Source: Moniliella sp. 'wahieum'
Lineage: Eukaryota
Length of the DNA stretch: 64,000 nt
Assembly: GCA_003971905.1 (NCBI GenBank)
Contig: RSEE01000098.1
Span: 62,001 to 126,000 of the forward strand
Direction of reading: 5' to 3'
Below, in pieces: positions 25,144 through 36,629 of this stretch. The notes under the pieces are model-generated. The model saw only the letters and a list, made by a program, of their open reading frames with translations, had not been told where the DNA came from and ran no database searches. The position numbers were made by a program, and so were the translations under genes. Numbering within the stretch: position 1 is the stretch's first letter; every line of letters starts with the position of its first letter.

Positions 25144-27105
25144 ATGTGGCCGCGCAACAGCCTCCACGGGCGCTCGCGCGGCGGGCCTTCGGGTGCAGGC
25201 GCGTTCGTGTGCGACTACGTGTTTCCCGCCGACGCCGGAGCGCAGGCGGGCAAGCGGTGCGGGTGGAGCGGGCGCAGTGCGCTGGACCTGACGCTGCACA
25301 AGAGCGACCGGCACCTGATCTACCCTGCCGGCGGGCTGGCCGCTCTGCACGCCATCGATCCCATTCTCCAAGCCGAGAAGGCCGAGCAGCGTCGTCGAGC
25401 GCGCCGGGAAACTGCGCGTGCTGCCCGTGCTGCACCTGCACCCGTGATGGGCGGACAGGATGGCGATGCGCTCGCTGTCTTATCCGGGTTGACCGTCAAG
25501 CTCGACACGCCCGAGATGGTGGAACAGTGGATTGCTGAGCGCAAGAAACGTTGGCCCCCCCAGCTGCCATGGAGAGGAAGAGGATTGAAGATGAGTGGAG
25601 GGGACGCGACCCTCCTCGTCTGCCTCGCGCGCGAGCTGGACCCGTACCCCGCTCACCTCCTAAACCTACCACACGCCCCTCCGATTCGGACTCGGACTCG
25701 GACTCGGACTCGGACTCGAGTTCGAGTTCAAGTTCGAGCTCCAGTTCGAGTTCGGACGAATCGGACGATTCGGGGTCAGAAACTTCCTCCGAATCGGGCT
25801 CCTCTAGCTCCTCCGATTCCGATGCCCCCCGTTGAGCTGCCCAGTGCGTCTCGTGAGCCTGGGCCTGCTGAGGAGGAAGGGGAGAGCAGTGACGATGCAC
25901 CCGTGGAAGAAAGCACATCCAAACCTCCACCTACTGCTGCACTTACCCCCGCACCTTTGCCTTCCCGGCCAGTCTGTAAGTTTTGGCTGCAAGGACGGTG
26001 CGGGCACGGCTCCTTGTGTCGTAACCAGCATCCCGATCCCAATTCCCCACCCAATCCCCACTCCAACCCCGACCCCACTCCCACTCCCAATCCCACTCCC
26101 ACTCCCAATCCCAATCCCAATCCCAATCCCAATCCCAATCCCAATCCCAATCCCAATCCCAATCCCAATCCCAACCGCGAAGCTAGTGGCCAGGCCGGGA
26201 CGGCAAGCAAACGCCCTGCACCCTCGTCCGAGTCTTTGGGAGGGACGAAACGTGCTCGTCCTCGTCGCCGTCCTGCACCTGCACCAGTCAACCCTTTCCA
26301 ACCGGACCTACTTCGCGCGCTGCTCAGCCGCGAAATCGCACAGCACGTCGAAGCCACCCTACAGGCCATCCGCTTCCTGTCCAAGAACGACTGGCTGGTC
26401 CATGTTGAGCTCGTGCCCGGCCAAGCGGCCGAACAGCGACAACGACGAAGGTTGGTCCAACCGTTGGACGCGGACGCTAGTCCCTCGGTGGATGCTGCGC
26501 TCCCCGTTTCAGGTTCGGGTCCGGGCCAGGGGTCGGGGTCGGATTTGGGGTCGGGGTCGGGCCCCGTCTCTTTGGACGGCACCTCATGTTCGTCGCCGCT
26601 TCTCAAGCCTCTGACGGATCTCGATTGGCCGCCTGAGCCGGACCCTATGATTTTTCTAGACCCGATGGGGCGGGACGAGCCGAAACCGCTCAAAGTGGCG
26701 CAGTATGAGCGGGTAGCGCAAGACCCTCAAGTAAGGGAAGTACTTGCGCCTCGGTCGGGCGTGCATCCGTACGGGAGACTCAACGGTGCCTTAGCCCGTG
26801 GCCTACAGTCCTTGTTGGATTTACCGTCGCAAGCGCACCGCGTGGCAGCGATCGAGTTGATCTTAGGTACTGCGCCGCATGCTCCGCGTTATACCGAGCA
26901 AGACTTGTTTCGTCTAGGGCTCAAGTTGGGCCCGCTGGAGGTTCCGCTGGTACGGGCGTTGGCGGCGCGCGTGAGCGAGGTGTTGGATGGTGCAGTGGCG
27001 TACCAAGATGACTTGACCCGGCGGCAGACGCGCGAAGAAGCGCTTCGGGCCGAGGGCGAGAGGCGGGATGAGTTGCGTCGGGTACTGGGAATCGAGTTGG
27101 ACTAA
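25144..27105 (+). CDS. NUFIP1/Rsa1-like box C/D snoRNP assembly factor with C2H2-like and CCCH zinc fingers
   Basis: LDTPEMVEQWIAERKKRWP (NUFIP1 signature); LLRALLSREI..LQAIRFLSKNDW; CKFWLQGRCGHGSLCRNQH; N-terminal C..C..H..H; central frameshifts. Confidence 0.75.
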   Translation: MWPRNSLHGRSRGGPSGAGAFVCDYVFPADAGAQAGKRCGWSGRSALDLTLHKSDRHLIYPAGGLAALHAIDPILQAEKAEQRRRARRETARAARAAPAPVMGGQDGDALAVLSGLTVKLDTPEMVEQWIAERKKRWPPQLPWRGRGLKMSGGDATLLVCLARELDPYPAHLLNLPHAPPIRTRTRTRTRTRVRVQVRAPVRVRTNRTIRGQKLPPNRAPLAPPIPMPPVELPSASREPGPAEEEGESSDDAPVEESTSKPPPTAALTPAPLPSRPVCKFWLQGRCGHGSLCRNQHPDPNSPPNPHSNPDPTPTPNPTPTPNPNPNPNPNPNPNPNPNPNPNPNREASGQAGTASKRPAPSSESLGGTKRARPRRRPAPAPVNPFQPDLLRALLSREIAQHVEATLQAIRFLSKNDWLVHVELVPGQAAEQRQRRRLVQPLDADASPSVDAALPVSGSGPGQGSGSDLGSGSGPVSLDGTSCSSPLLKPLTDLDWPPEPDPMIFLDPMGRDEPKPLKVAQYERVAQDPQVREVLAPRSGVHPYGRLNGALARGLQSLLDLPSQAHRVAAIELILGTAPHAPRYTEQDLFRLGLKLGPLEVPLVRALAARVSEVLDGAVAYQDDLTRRQTREEALRAEGERRDELRRVLGIELD

Positions 27106-27434
27106 ACAAACAGAGCTGCATCCAAAGCATCTTCAAGCTTCATCGAAGGCCACTTTTGTTCCAACTGCATCCCGCGAGGGATCCATCCATAGCGAACGAA
27201 AAGCGATTAAGTACATCAAGAAAATCGGGACAGGCTGGGATAGGGAACAGGACCTATAGGGAGCGAGCTGAAGCTGAGCAGGATGAGGAAGCAGAGGGGG
27301 GGGAAGAGGATCGAGGGAATAACCTTAAAGAAAGGAAAGGGGGGAAAGGGGGACAGAAAGGAAAGCACCGAGAAATAAGAAAGACACTGAGGCGAGGTTG
27401 CAGCCCTTCACACCATTCACATCATTCACAACAT

Positions 27435-30400
27435 TCACAACTCGCCCTCGCCCTCGCCCTCGCTTTCGCCCTCGCCTTCGCCCTGACCATTCTGGGTACG
27501 GTGGACCGAAGCGAGCACGCGTTTCAACGGCGAGCCACCCTGGGGGGAGGGCACTGTGCGTCGCGCCGGTGGGGGGCGCACGGGGCCGCTGAACATTGAC
27601 ATTGACATTGGCTTTGGCCATACCTTTGTGCGGCGAACCTTCTTGTTGGACCGGGACAAAATCAAACGGATCGTCCAAACTTGGCATAGGAACGGACAAG
27701 AAGCGGACGCGGAGACAGACGCGGACACAGACACAGGCACAGGCGACGTCGGTTTAGTACCTTGGTGCGCACCCTGTACTTGTACTTGTGCTTGTGCTTG
27801 GTCCGCAGTGGGGGCACGGGCGGGGGGGGAGGACGAGGGCTGAGCAACCCCCACCGGTCGAGCGATTGCATGTGACTCTGCATGGCCAAGGTCTGACTCG
27901 CCTCCCGACTTGCACTCCGACTGGTATCCCGACTCGCACCCCGACTTGCATCCCGACTCGCTCCCCGACTGGTATCGCGACTGGCATCGCGACTTGGGTC
28001 CCGACTTGGATCCCGCTCACGTTCGCGTTCGCGTTCGCGTTCGCGGCCAGGCCGGAGGGGGGTAGCAACGGATCCCCGCAGTTCGCGGAGGGTGCGGGGG
28101 GTACCCATGCCCATACCGCCCATCCCCATCCCCATACCCATACCCATACCCATGGGCAACAACCCCTCGTCCGGCGGAGATGGGGGGAGATGAAACTGAA
28201 CTGCCACGGGGAGAACGCAAGGTCAGCCGAATCGGAGCCTAAGCCCAGCCCTGGCTCACCCCGACTGGGCGTAGTCAGCGTGAACAAGTCTTCTAGCGGG
28301 GGTTGGGAACCGCCCATACCGCCCATCAAGCCTGATCCTGATCCTGACCCTGACCCTGACCCTGACCCTGACCTGACTCTGGTGCCAAGTTCAAGCCCGA
28401 CCCGACCCCGACCCTGAGCCTGAGCCTGAGCCCAAACCCGAGCCAGGGACGCGGGGTGGAGCAAGGTAAGAGCCGGCGCGGGCTGTCGCGCAGCCATCGC
28501 GAAGCAGGTGTGAGTACGCGCACGGGACTGCCGCGCGGCGGGGGGCCGTGTACCAGACTCGCATGGGGAAGCAGAGAGGTAACAGTTGCGGGATCCGTAT
28601 CGGTAGCCGAAGCTGTACCTGCATCGTTCGCGGCATCGGTCGAGGTGCTTGTCGAAGTGGGGCGGGACGAGGTGGTAGATCCTCAGCAATCGCGCTGAGC
28701 AAGGTACCGGCCCTACGCTGGCGCCTGCCGAGGGGCGACGGGACCGGGCGAGAACTGCGGAGGTTACTCAGTGGCGAGCGGGTGGTGGAGAGGGGCGAGC
28801 GGGCAGAGGATAAAGGCGAACGGGGGAGAGGCATAAGCTGAGCTGGCACGGCAGGGCGCGAGTCGGGAGAGCTACTGCGCCGGTCCGGACGCGTCGGGGG
28901 GCGAAGTGAACACGTCGGACCCGTGTCCTGGCACGCTCGATGCGTACGGATAAGGTACGCGAGAAAATGCACCGGCAAACGATCGGGCGATGGGCCAAGG
29001 CTGGGGCCCAGACCGAGCCCTAGGCGAGCAGGACTGGTACCGCTCAAGCCCACGCCAAATCGAGCTGGCAAACCTAATGCGCTTCCCCCCGATCTTGCAC
29101 GGAAGGGAGAACCATTCAACGCGTACACACTAGGGGTTAGGGCGTTGCTACCCGCCAGACCCGGGCGGCGACTTTCGCGAGGCGTAGCGTACAGCGGAGT
29201 CCACATCTCGTACCCATCCGTCAACTCGGCCACAACGTCGCCGTCCTCATCCTCGTCCACTCCCTCGGATTTGCTCCGCGCCTCGGCGTCAGGCTCAGCG
29301 GGATCGTCATCCATCTCCAAGTCGTTGTCCGAGTCGCCAGGAGGAGGGGAGGCAGACGACTCTTGGCTGGCGTGACAACCGATAACGAAGCTTGGGGCTT
29401 GGGCTTGGGCTTGGACTCGACCAACCCATCCTCCAGTGGCCGTACAGCCACAGCGGCACGAGTCGGCTGCACTTCTTGTGCTGGACGACGACGTTTGCGC
29501 GACGCGGCAGCGGCAGCGGCAGCGGCAGCATCGGCGCGGGAAGCGCGTGTTTCGAGGGTCCGGATGGCAGAACAGCCGGGGCAGCCAGGGGGGGCAAGGT
29601 TGTCTTGGTGGGAGACGGGGCGAGTTGAGCATGTGCATCTGAGGGCGTAGCGGGGAGAGGCAAATCTGCCTCGCCGTTGGCGGGACGATGCAAGCGCCAT
29701 CGATGATGAAACATTCTTCGTGCCCAGGTACGATGGTCCACAGCCCGCCCTTGCCTGGGATGGTCTTGGGGCGAGGCCGTTTGGCAAAGGAGCGGTGGAG
29801 GGAGAGGTTGTGTCGGATCGAGTTCATCCACTTGCGGTCGCCGGGGATGTAGAAAGGGTAGCAGGCTGCGATGAACAGATTGATCTCAGCCAAGCTCAGC
29901 ACGCCATCCGCCGAGGAACGAAGTGCTTGTCCGATTAACCCGGCATACGACGTTCCGCGTGGCCGTGCGTCGCTCTGCCCCCACCGGGGGGCAGGACCAT
30001 ATACCGCTCGCAAGAGCATCGAGCTGATTCGCATCTTCGGCAACGAGTTGGACTAGACGCGCACCATCCGGTAGATCCCACTCTGGCGCCGAGCACAGCC
30101 CTGCTGCGGGAAGCACTAGCCGGTCCTGAGCCGGGACACGCTGGGAGAGCTGAGCTTGAGAAAAGACCTGCGTCGGCAGCCCCCCTCCGACCTTGGGTGG
30201 GTCGGGGCGCGCTGGCAGCCCCGCAGTGGGCCCACCGGCCTTTGCTTGGTCGGCCCGGACGACGTGCGACAGGCCTTTGGGGTTGGGGTTCGTGGGGGTG
30301 GGCTGCGCGGCAGGAGGGGGGGGGAACCGCAGTCCTCGATGGATGGAGGAGGGCGTGGGGGCAGCCCCAACGTGAGGGTAGCACGATACGGAGCAGGCAT

Positions 30401-32080
30401 ATCCACGTTGCCGGTAAGCCGAGTGGAGAAGGCAACGGGAGGCGCAGGGGCCTTGCGTGCCTCTTCTTCTAGCATCGGAGAGAGGAATGCGAGGCCAGTA
30501 GCACTCGTGTCGAATACCAAAGCCGCGCCCGAGGCCGGTGTGGGCACAAAGGGAGATGTCTAGCGGGGGGAGGTCAGTTCGGATCCAGCTAGCGCAGAGG
30601 ACGGGGGGTTACGAACCATTGTTTCGTCTGCTCGGCCTGTCCTGCTCAGTGGCGTGGAGTTGGCCATGAGAGGGGTCGAAAAGGCATTCGTACCAGGAGG
30701 TGGCACTTCGATCGAGGTGTCCTCGGCCTCGCACTGCGAACCATATGTCCCTTGGGGAAACATGACAGGGGGTGGGAGATCGGGTAAGCTGTTTAAGCCA
30801 GCAGGCAAAAAGGTGGGCAAGACCATGGGAGGGACGCCGTGTTGGGGGCATGTGCCGTTAGGGAATTTGCCCAAGCAGCATATTGGGCTTGTTGAAGCAC
30901 CCATGCCTGGTGAGCCCGAGCAATCGCACGGCTCTGCTTGCGCAGACGAACAGGAGACTTCTTGAAGGACATGACTCGGTCCAGGAAGGAAACGTGCGAG
31001 TCCTGGCCCTGCTCCGCCTCGAAGGTGGATTGGTCGTGGGACCCCCTCGTACGGGAGTAGTGACGAGGGGCAGCTTGTCAGAGGAAGGCGTACACTGGGG
31101 ATCCACCGACTCGGGCTCCGATGTGTGCTCAGAGGTATGTTCCGAGACCTCTGCTACAACGGGGAGGGAATCATCCACCTGGAACTGGTCAAAGAACACC
31201 CCTGATTCGTCCCCGTCCTCGGTCAAGAGGGGAGGGGGCATGCGGGAGCGAAACGAGGGACGCGAGGGCGTGGCTTCCATCAGATGGCTGTTTCGCGCAA
31301 GACGAAGACGAAGACGCTTGCGCGCTGTGGCAGAGAAAGAAGTGTCTGCATCTTCGTCTGGTTCTTCTTCGTCCTCTCTCCTCCTCGGCAGACATGTGGG
31401 CAGCCCAGTCGATCGTCGTGTCCTCCGGGGCGGCAAGGGGCACTACGGTCACATTGAGGGTGCCGCCCGGGCTGACCCAGGGGCGAGCCTCGGTCGCAGG
31501 TGCAGGAGGAACCAGGGTGGTGTCACCGGTAAAGGGCGTAGCCATCACCTTGGAGATGGGTACGGGGGTTTCCACCAGGGTTGTGGATGGCCCGGGGGTT
31601 TGGGCCACGTCGGCGGCAGGGGAGGGCGGGTTGAATGGGGCAGAGGGAGCAGGGGGGCAGGTGCGGAAGAGGTGGAGGCAGCGGCGGCTTTGTGGCGAGC
31701 GCGTCGAGCTGCACGGCGACGCTCGGAGATGGTTGCGGCGATGGTGTCGAGGGAGGGGCGGGAGGTGCGGGGGAGGCGCCGAAGAGCGAGGTGAGGAGGG
31801 CGGCGCGTGGGTGGGTCGAGCTGGGTGCTGAAGAAGGCGGGGCGTGGCGGGGGCGGGGTGTTAGCAGGCGCAGCGGGAGAGGACGTAGAAGCAGACGCAG
31901 CAGAACGCAGAAGACGCAGACGCAGCAGCACCAGCACCAGCGGAGGAGCGGGAGGCGCGGGAGGCGGCGGGAGCGAGGGAGCGAGTGGAGCGGCGGCAAG
32001 AGCAGCAGGAGCCGGCGGGCGCGGGTGCGGGGAGGGGAGGGCGCCGGACGGGCGAGGAAGGCTTGGACGTCGTTGCGCAT
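27435..32080 (-). CDS. Large forkhead (winged-helix) transcription factor; many frameshifts, ends approximate
   Basis: RPRGTSYAGLIGQALRSSADGVLSLAEINLFIAACYPFY..WMNSIRHNLSLHRSFAK..GKGGLWTI at ~29730-29970; flanks are S/T-P-rich low-complexity coding sequence. Confidence 0.85.
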
Positions 32081-32795
32081 GCGGGCGGCCTGTTCGCGGG
32101 TGACATGCACGCCGCGGGGCGGCGCGTGCGACGAGCGTCGATGTCGGCCGCGGCGGAGACGGCGGGGGCGGTGCTGGCCATGGGGACGGGGGGGGGGGGG
32201 GGGGGGTGGTGGGGGGGCAGCGGGAGTGGCAGGGAGGCGGGTGGATGGCGGTGGTGGTGATGATGCTGGTGGTGGTGGTGGTGGTGGTGGTAGGCTGGAT
32301 GCGGTGGTGGTGGTGGTGGCGCAACGCGTCGGATAGCGGCGAGGCGGATTGGCTAAGGGGCGGCTGCCTCGCGGGCGCTGTGGCTTATGTCAGCCAGGGC
32401 CGGGGTTAGGCGCCGCACTGGCCCGCAGGAGCCCCCGCGCCGCGCCGACAGCGGCGCCGTGCGCGCACATGCCACGGGGCAGGCGCCTCCACGCGTAGCG
32501 CTTGCGTGCACAGCCTGCGCGTGTCTGTTCCGCCGCGTTCCGCTGGGCCATCATCACATGTGAGTGCATTGCCATTTCCATTTCCATTTCCATTTGGATT
32601 TTCCATGCTTGCACGCCCTCCAGGCCCAGGCAGCGCACCAGCCCACAGCCCCCGCGCCGCGCGGAGAAAACTTTGGTTAGCCCCCAGCGCGTCTTCTCGC
32701 CCCCAACTAACCGCCCGGGCGCTCCGCTGGCGAGTACAAGAAGACGCACTTTGTCCGTCACCCCGTCGCCTCCTCCCCCACTTCCCCCCCTCCGC

Positions 32796-33760
32796 ATGCT
32801 CGCCGCCCGCTCCGGCCTGCGCGCCGCGGCGCCCCGGGCTCTGCGCGGCCTGGCCACCAGCGCACGCGTTGCACACGCCCCCAAGCCCGAGGCCTCCTCC
32901 ACTCGCCCACGACTACAAGATCCACCACCCGCACCGCCGCTCCCGCCGCCTGCACGATTGAGACCCCCGCGCATGCAGGCCAGCGAGGCGTCGGCAACAT
33001 CCTCTACAAACCCCTGCGCCCAACAGCGAGCCCCTCAAGCGCCACCGCTCACCGCCCTCGTCCAGGACGAGCCCGGCGTGCTGTCCCGCGTCGCCGGCAC
33101 GCCGCCCGCGGGTTCAACATTGATTCCCTCGTCGTCTGCTCCACCGAGGTGCCCGACCTGTCCCGCATGTGCATTGTGCTCAAGGGCCAGGATGCCGTCG
33201 TGGAGCAGGCACGCCGCCAGCTCGAGGACCTCGTGCCCGTGGGCCGTGCTCGACTAAACACCGCCCCGCACCATTGAGCGCGAGCTCTTCCTGGCCAAGG
33301 TCAGCTTGCTGGGCCCGAGTACTTCCAGGCCCAAGTCAGCCACGCCGCTGCCCAGGGCCTGCCCACGGCTGCTCGGTCGCGACGCTGCCGAGGACCCCAA
33401 GTTGCCGCCGGACGTGCAGGCCGAACGGACGCCCTCCGGCCCGCCGCCCGGCCCGCCACTGGCATCCGTCTGAGCCCCACCGACGCGCTGCGCATCAAGG
33501 GCGAGCATGCGCCACATATCGCTCTTGCCGAGCAGTTCCAAGGCCGCGTGGTCGATGTCAGCCCCGAATCGGTCATTGTCGAGATGAGCGGCAAGTCGCG
33601 CCGGTGCGAGGCGCTGCTCAAGCTTCTCCGGCCGTTTGGCATCATTGAATGTGCTCGGTCGGGTACCATGGTCCTTCCCCGCGCTAAGATGGAGTTTGAG
33701 GAGGAGGAGAAGGTGGCAGAGCAGGTGCATGTCGATGCCAGCCTGCTGCCCCCTGGTTAA
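32796..33760 (+). CDS. ILV6: Acetolactate synthase regulatory subunit, mitochondrial
   Basis: Presequence MLAARSGLRAAAPRALR; LVQDEPGVLSRV; GFNIDSLVV..DLSRMCIVL..VVEQARRQLEDLV; IERELFLAKV; LLRPFGIIECARSG; ends DASLLPPG. Confidence 0.95.
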
Positions 33761-34336
33761 CGGAATTTTGTCCTCGCATTGTGCTTTTCGCTTCCCCGTC
33801 TCCACTGCAAGGCGCATGGCAAAAAAACCAAAGCAATTAATCATTAGGCATTTGCCCGTTGGCTGCTGCACTTAATGAATCGAGTCCGGTACTAGTACTC
33901 TGCCATCCAACCTTCGAAAAAAGCCCAGACGGTGAGCCGGCCACTTGCGCGTTCGTTCTGTCCAGACGAAGTTGGTAACATAGCTACTAAGTTTGAAGCG
34001 CAAAGTCATGCCGCTGCCCGTGAGTTTGCCATAAGACCCTGTCTGTCCTCGTTCGCCGTCATCTCCTCGCCCTGCATTCTCCTTTCTGTCCGTTCTCATT
34101 CACTCTTGCCCTACATTCTCCCGTTTTTCATGTAGTTCTTCCCCTTGAAGGCATGGAAAATTGAGGCCCAAGCACCGACCGCATTCGCTGGCAACTAGTA
34201 GTCGGGAAGAAGAAGAGAAAAGGGGCAGCATGACCTGACAGACTTTTGACAGTGGATGGGGGGTACCTCGTAGTCCCACAGTGCGACGAGAGAAGGAACG
34301 AGGGAGAGATCCAGTTCTCAACGAACTGGAACCTTT

Positions 34337-34430
34337 AGCCACAATCTGTGCGCCAGTAGGCCAATCTGGGCCACGCCAGGGGTAACTAGGCAAGGTATAC
34401 TATCTGTCTACGCCACAACACTAGCGGCAC
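34337..34430 (+). repeat. Direct repeat copy A (pairs with 36036-36125)
   Basis: AATCTGTGCGC..GGCCAATCTGGGCCACGCCAGGGG..CTAGGCAAG.TAT..TATCTGT..ACGCC..CAACACTAG. Confidence 0.85.
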
Positions 34431-34444
34431 TAGCACCAGGGAAA

Positions 34445-34662
34445 CAGACCAGCTCGACAGTACAGTGACTAACTAAGCGTGAGCGCCAGTGGCTCTTTCA
34501 GTGCGAAGGAGCAGAGAGCAGACCAGCTCGGCAGTACATTGACTAGCAGCTCGACTCAATGCAAGTGCTCTCTCAGTGCGAAGCGCACCACAGAGAGCAG
34601 ACCAAATCGGCAATACATTGACGAACCACTCGGCAGTACAGTGAGTAACTACTAAGCGTGTG
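34445..34662 (+). repeat. Degenerate tandem repeat (~75-80 bp period) built on CAGACCAGCTCGGCAGTACA(G/T)TGAC
   Basis: Core near 34445, 34519, 34598 and 34626; GCTCT.TCAGTGCGAAG..CAGAGAGCAGACCA occurs twice. Confidence 0.8.
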
Positions 34663-36035
34663 CCCTCTCTCGGGAGACACCAGATGCTCCCTCGTGGTGC
34701 CAATGAGTCAACGGGACATCTTACTCGCCCGTGTGCGACATAGTACGGTGGGATTGGCCACATGCACTCATGCGCTTAACCCAAATGCACCCAAAAGGCT
34801 TCGCTGTTCACTGGATGCGTGCTTGGAGGCTTTCTCACCGGCTGCTGGTTGGGGCTGGTATCGATGCTGAAATAGTAGCAATTTTCAGGGAAGGCAGTTA
34901 TTTTTGTAGGTATAGAATGCATTCGAAGATCACTGGGAAAAGATTACCCGCCAACCACGGTCGGTACGACGTAGGACGCATAGCACCACAACGTATAGTA
35001 GAGCAGTGAGCAGCACAGAAAGTGGCTGGTTAGTGTGAGGGGAGCGCGCACTACTAAGGGAAAAGGTGGCCAAGTGAGCAGCAGCACAGGGTTACTAGCG
35101 AGATACAGAGGGATGCCCGATGGACTCACGGGTCAGGCGGTGAAGTCAGCCAGTAGCGAGGGCAAGTGGGCTGAACTGCCAATGTACACGGCTAGAGCGA
35201 ACAAGGTCAGGAACAGCGTCGGCATATGACGGATGGGACGTACGACAGCGAAACAGGTCAGACGAGTCGAGGCGAACAAGGCGAGATGAGCCAACCGTGG
35301 GATTCCGTGCATGCAGGAGCTGGGCAGGCAGTGTCAATGGCAGGACATCTCCGCGCGGGAAGGACGCGGGACATTTGGAAGATAGACCAGCCAAGCGGAG
35401 GACCACATTAGGCGAGGCAAACCATGTGAACGAGACAGCCAAGTGAGTAGACGGACAAGGGTAGGTCGAAGGCGAGCGTGACGGTGCATGCACATCACGC
35501 ATGAGACCTACAGGTCAGCAGAAGCGAGGAGAATGCGGAGGAGGAGGAAGCGGACTCGTACGATGGCGCTGCGGACCAGGTGAAACGAGGACACGATGGT
35601 CCACGAGTGGGAGTCTATGTACAGAGCGCTGGCGGGCAAGAGAACACGTACGACAGAAAGCAATGCAGATAGTGAGGGGGGGACGGGGCGAGAGGCAGAG
35701 GGGGCGTTCAACAGCGATACAGACGAGGAAGGAGGACGGAGTGTGGCGGGAGAGGGAATGAGAGACGTACGGCAGCAATGCGACCAGGCGAGGAGAACCG
35801 AGCGAGGGGGCGGGACGAGGAAGGGGCAGCAGGCGGTGCAGGCAACAACGATGGTGATGTTGGTGGCAGGGGAAGAAGATGGTGCGGTTGCGCCGTGGGA
35901 CAGAGCACTCTGCGATGTGCTGGACTGCAGAGATGGGATGCTGGTTGCGACTGGCGCAATGAGAGGGGCGGTGGTGAGGAAACAGGATGCAACCACATAG
36001 GAGCAGGAGGTTAAAAGGAGGTGCGGGTGTGGAGC

Positions 36036-36125
36036 AGCCAATCTGTGCGCACAGGCCAATCTGGGCCACGCCAGGGGCCTAGGCAAGCTATGATATCTGT
36101 TAACGCCCCGCAACACTAGTGGCCC
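36036..36125 (+). repeat. Direct repeat copy B (pairs with 34337-34430)
   Basis: Same sequence as copy A with small indels and substitutions. Confidence 0.85.
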
Positions 36126-36629
36126 TGTGCAGCAGTGTTCGAGGGTCTAATCATTAATCCAGAGCGCCACTTTCAGTTGCCTAGTTGCGACGTGCTGTCT
36201 ACTAGAGGGAGTAGTTATCTCACTTGGGCTTGGTGACCTACGGTGCTATCGGCACATTTTGACATAAAGTGAGTGTCAAGCTGAGCACTGACCAAGTGAG
36301 CGCGTCTTAGCGGCCCTTGTGCGTCAGGCCCATCAGTACGTCTCTGTCCATCGCCTGACTCGCCGCTGACCCACCAGCATTTCCGCTCACAAGATCTGTG
36401 GCAAGACAGGCATCAAGGGGGGCGACGGAGTGTCGGACCGGCCGAGTGTTCTCATCCCTCTTTTGTTCATGCTGCGGTAACAGAGAGCCCAACTGGAAGG
36501 AAACCACCTCGCTGCCCGTGCCCCCAACAGTAGTAGTAGTAGGCCCCTGTGGTGCCGTATATGTGGTGCCAATTGTCGGAACGGTGGCGACGCCGAACAG
36601 GTTCTACATGTGCTCACAGGAGGTGTGAA

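Noticed and set aside
33240..33280. In-frame TAA in ILV6 (WAVLD*) as stop-codon readthrough or an alternative genetic code
   Set aside because: The expected residue is Tyr (TAC) and the frame also shifts here, so a dropped base explains it, as elsewhere in the window.
34445..34662. CRISPR-like repeat-spacer array
   Set aside because: Eukaryotic context, degenerate repeats, intervening sequences homologous to each other, no cas genes.
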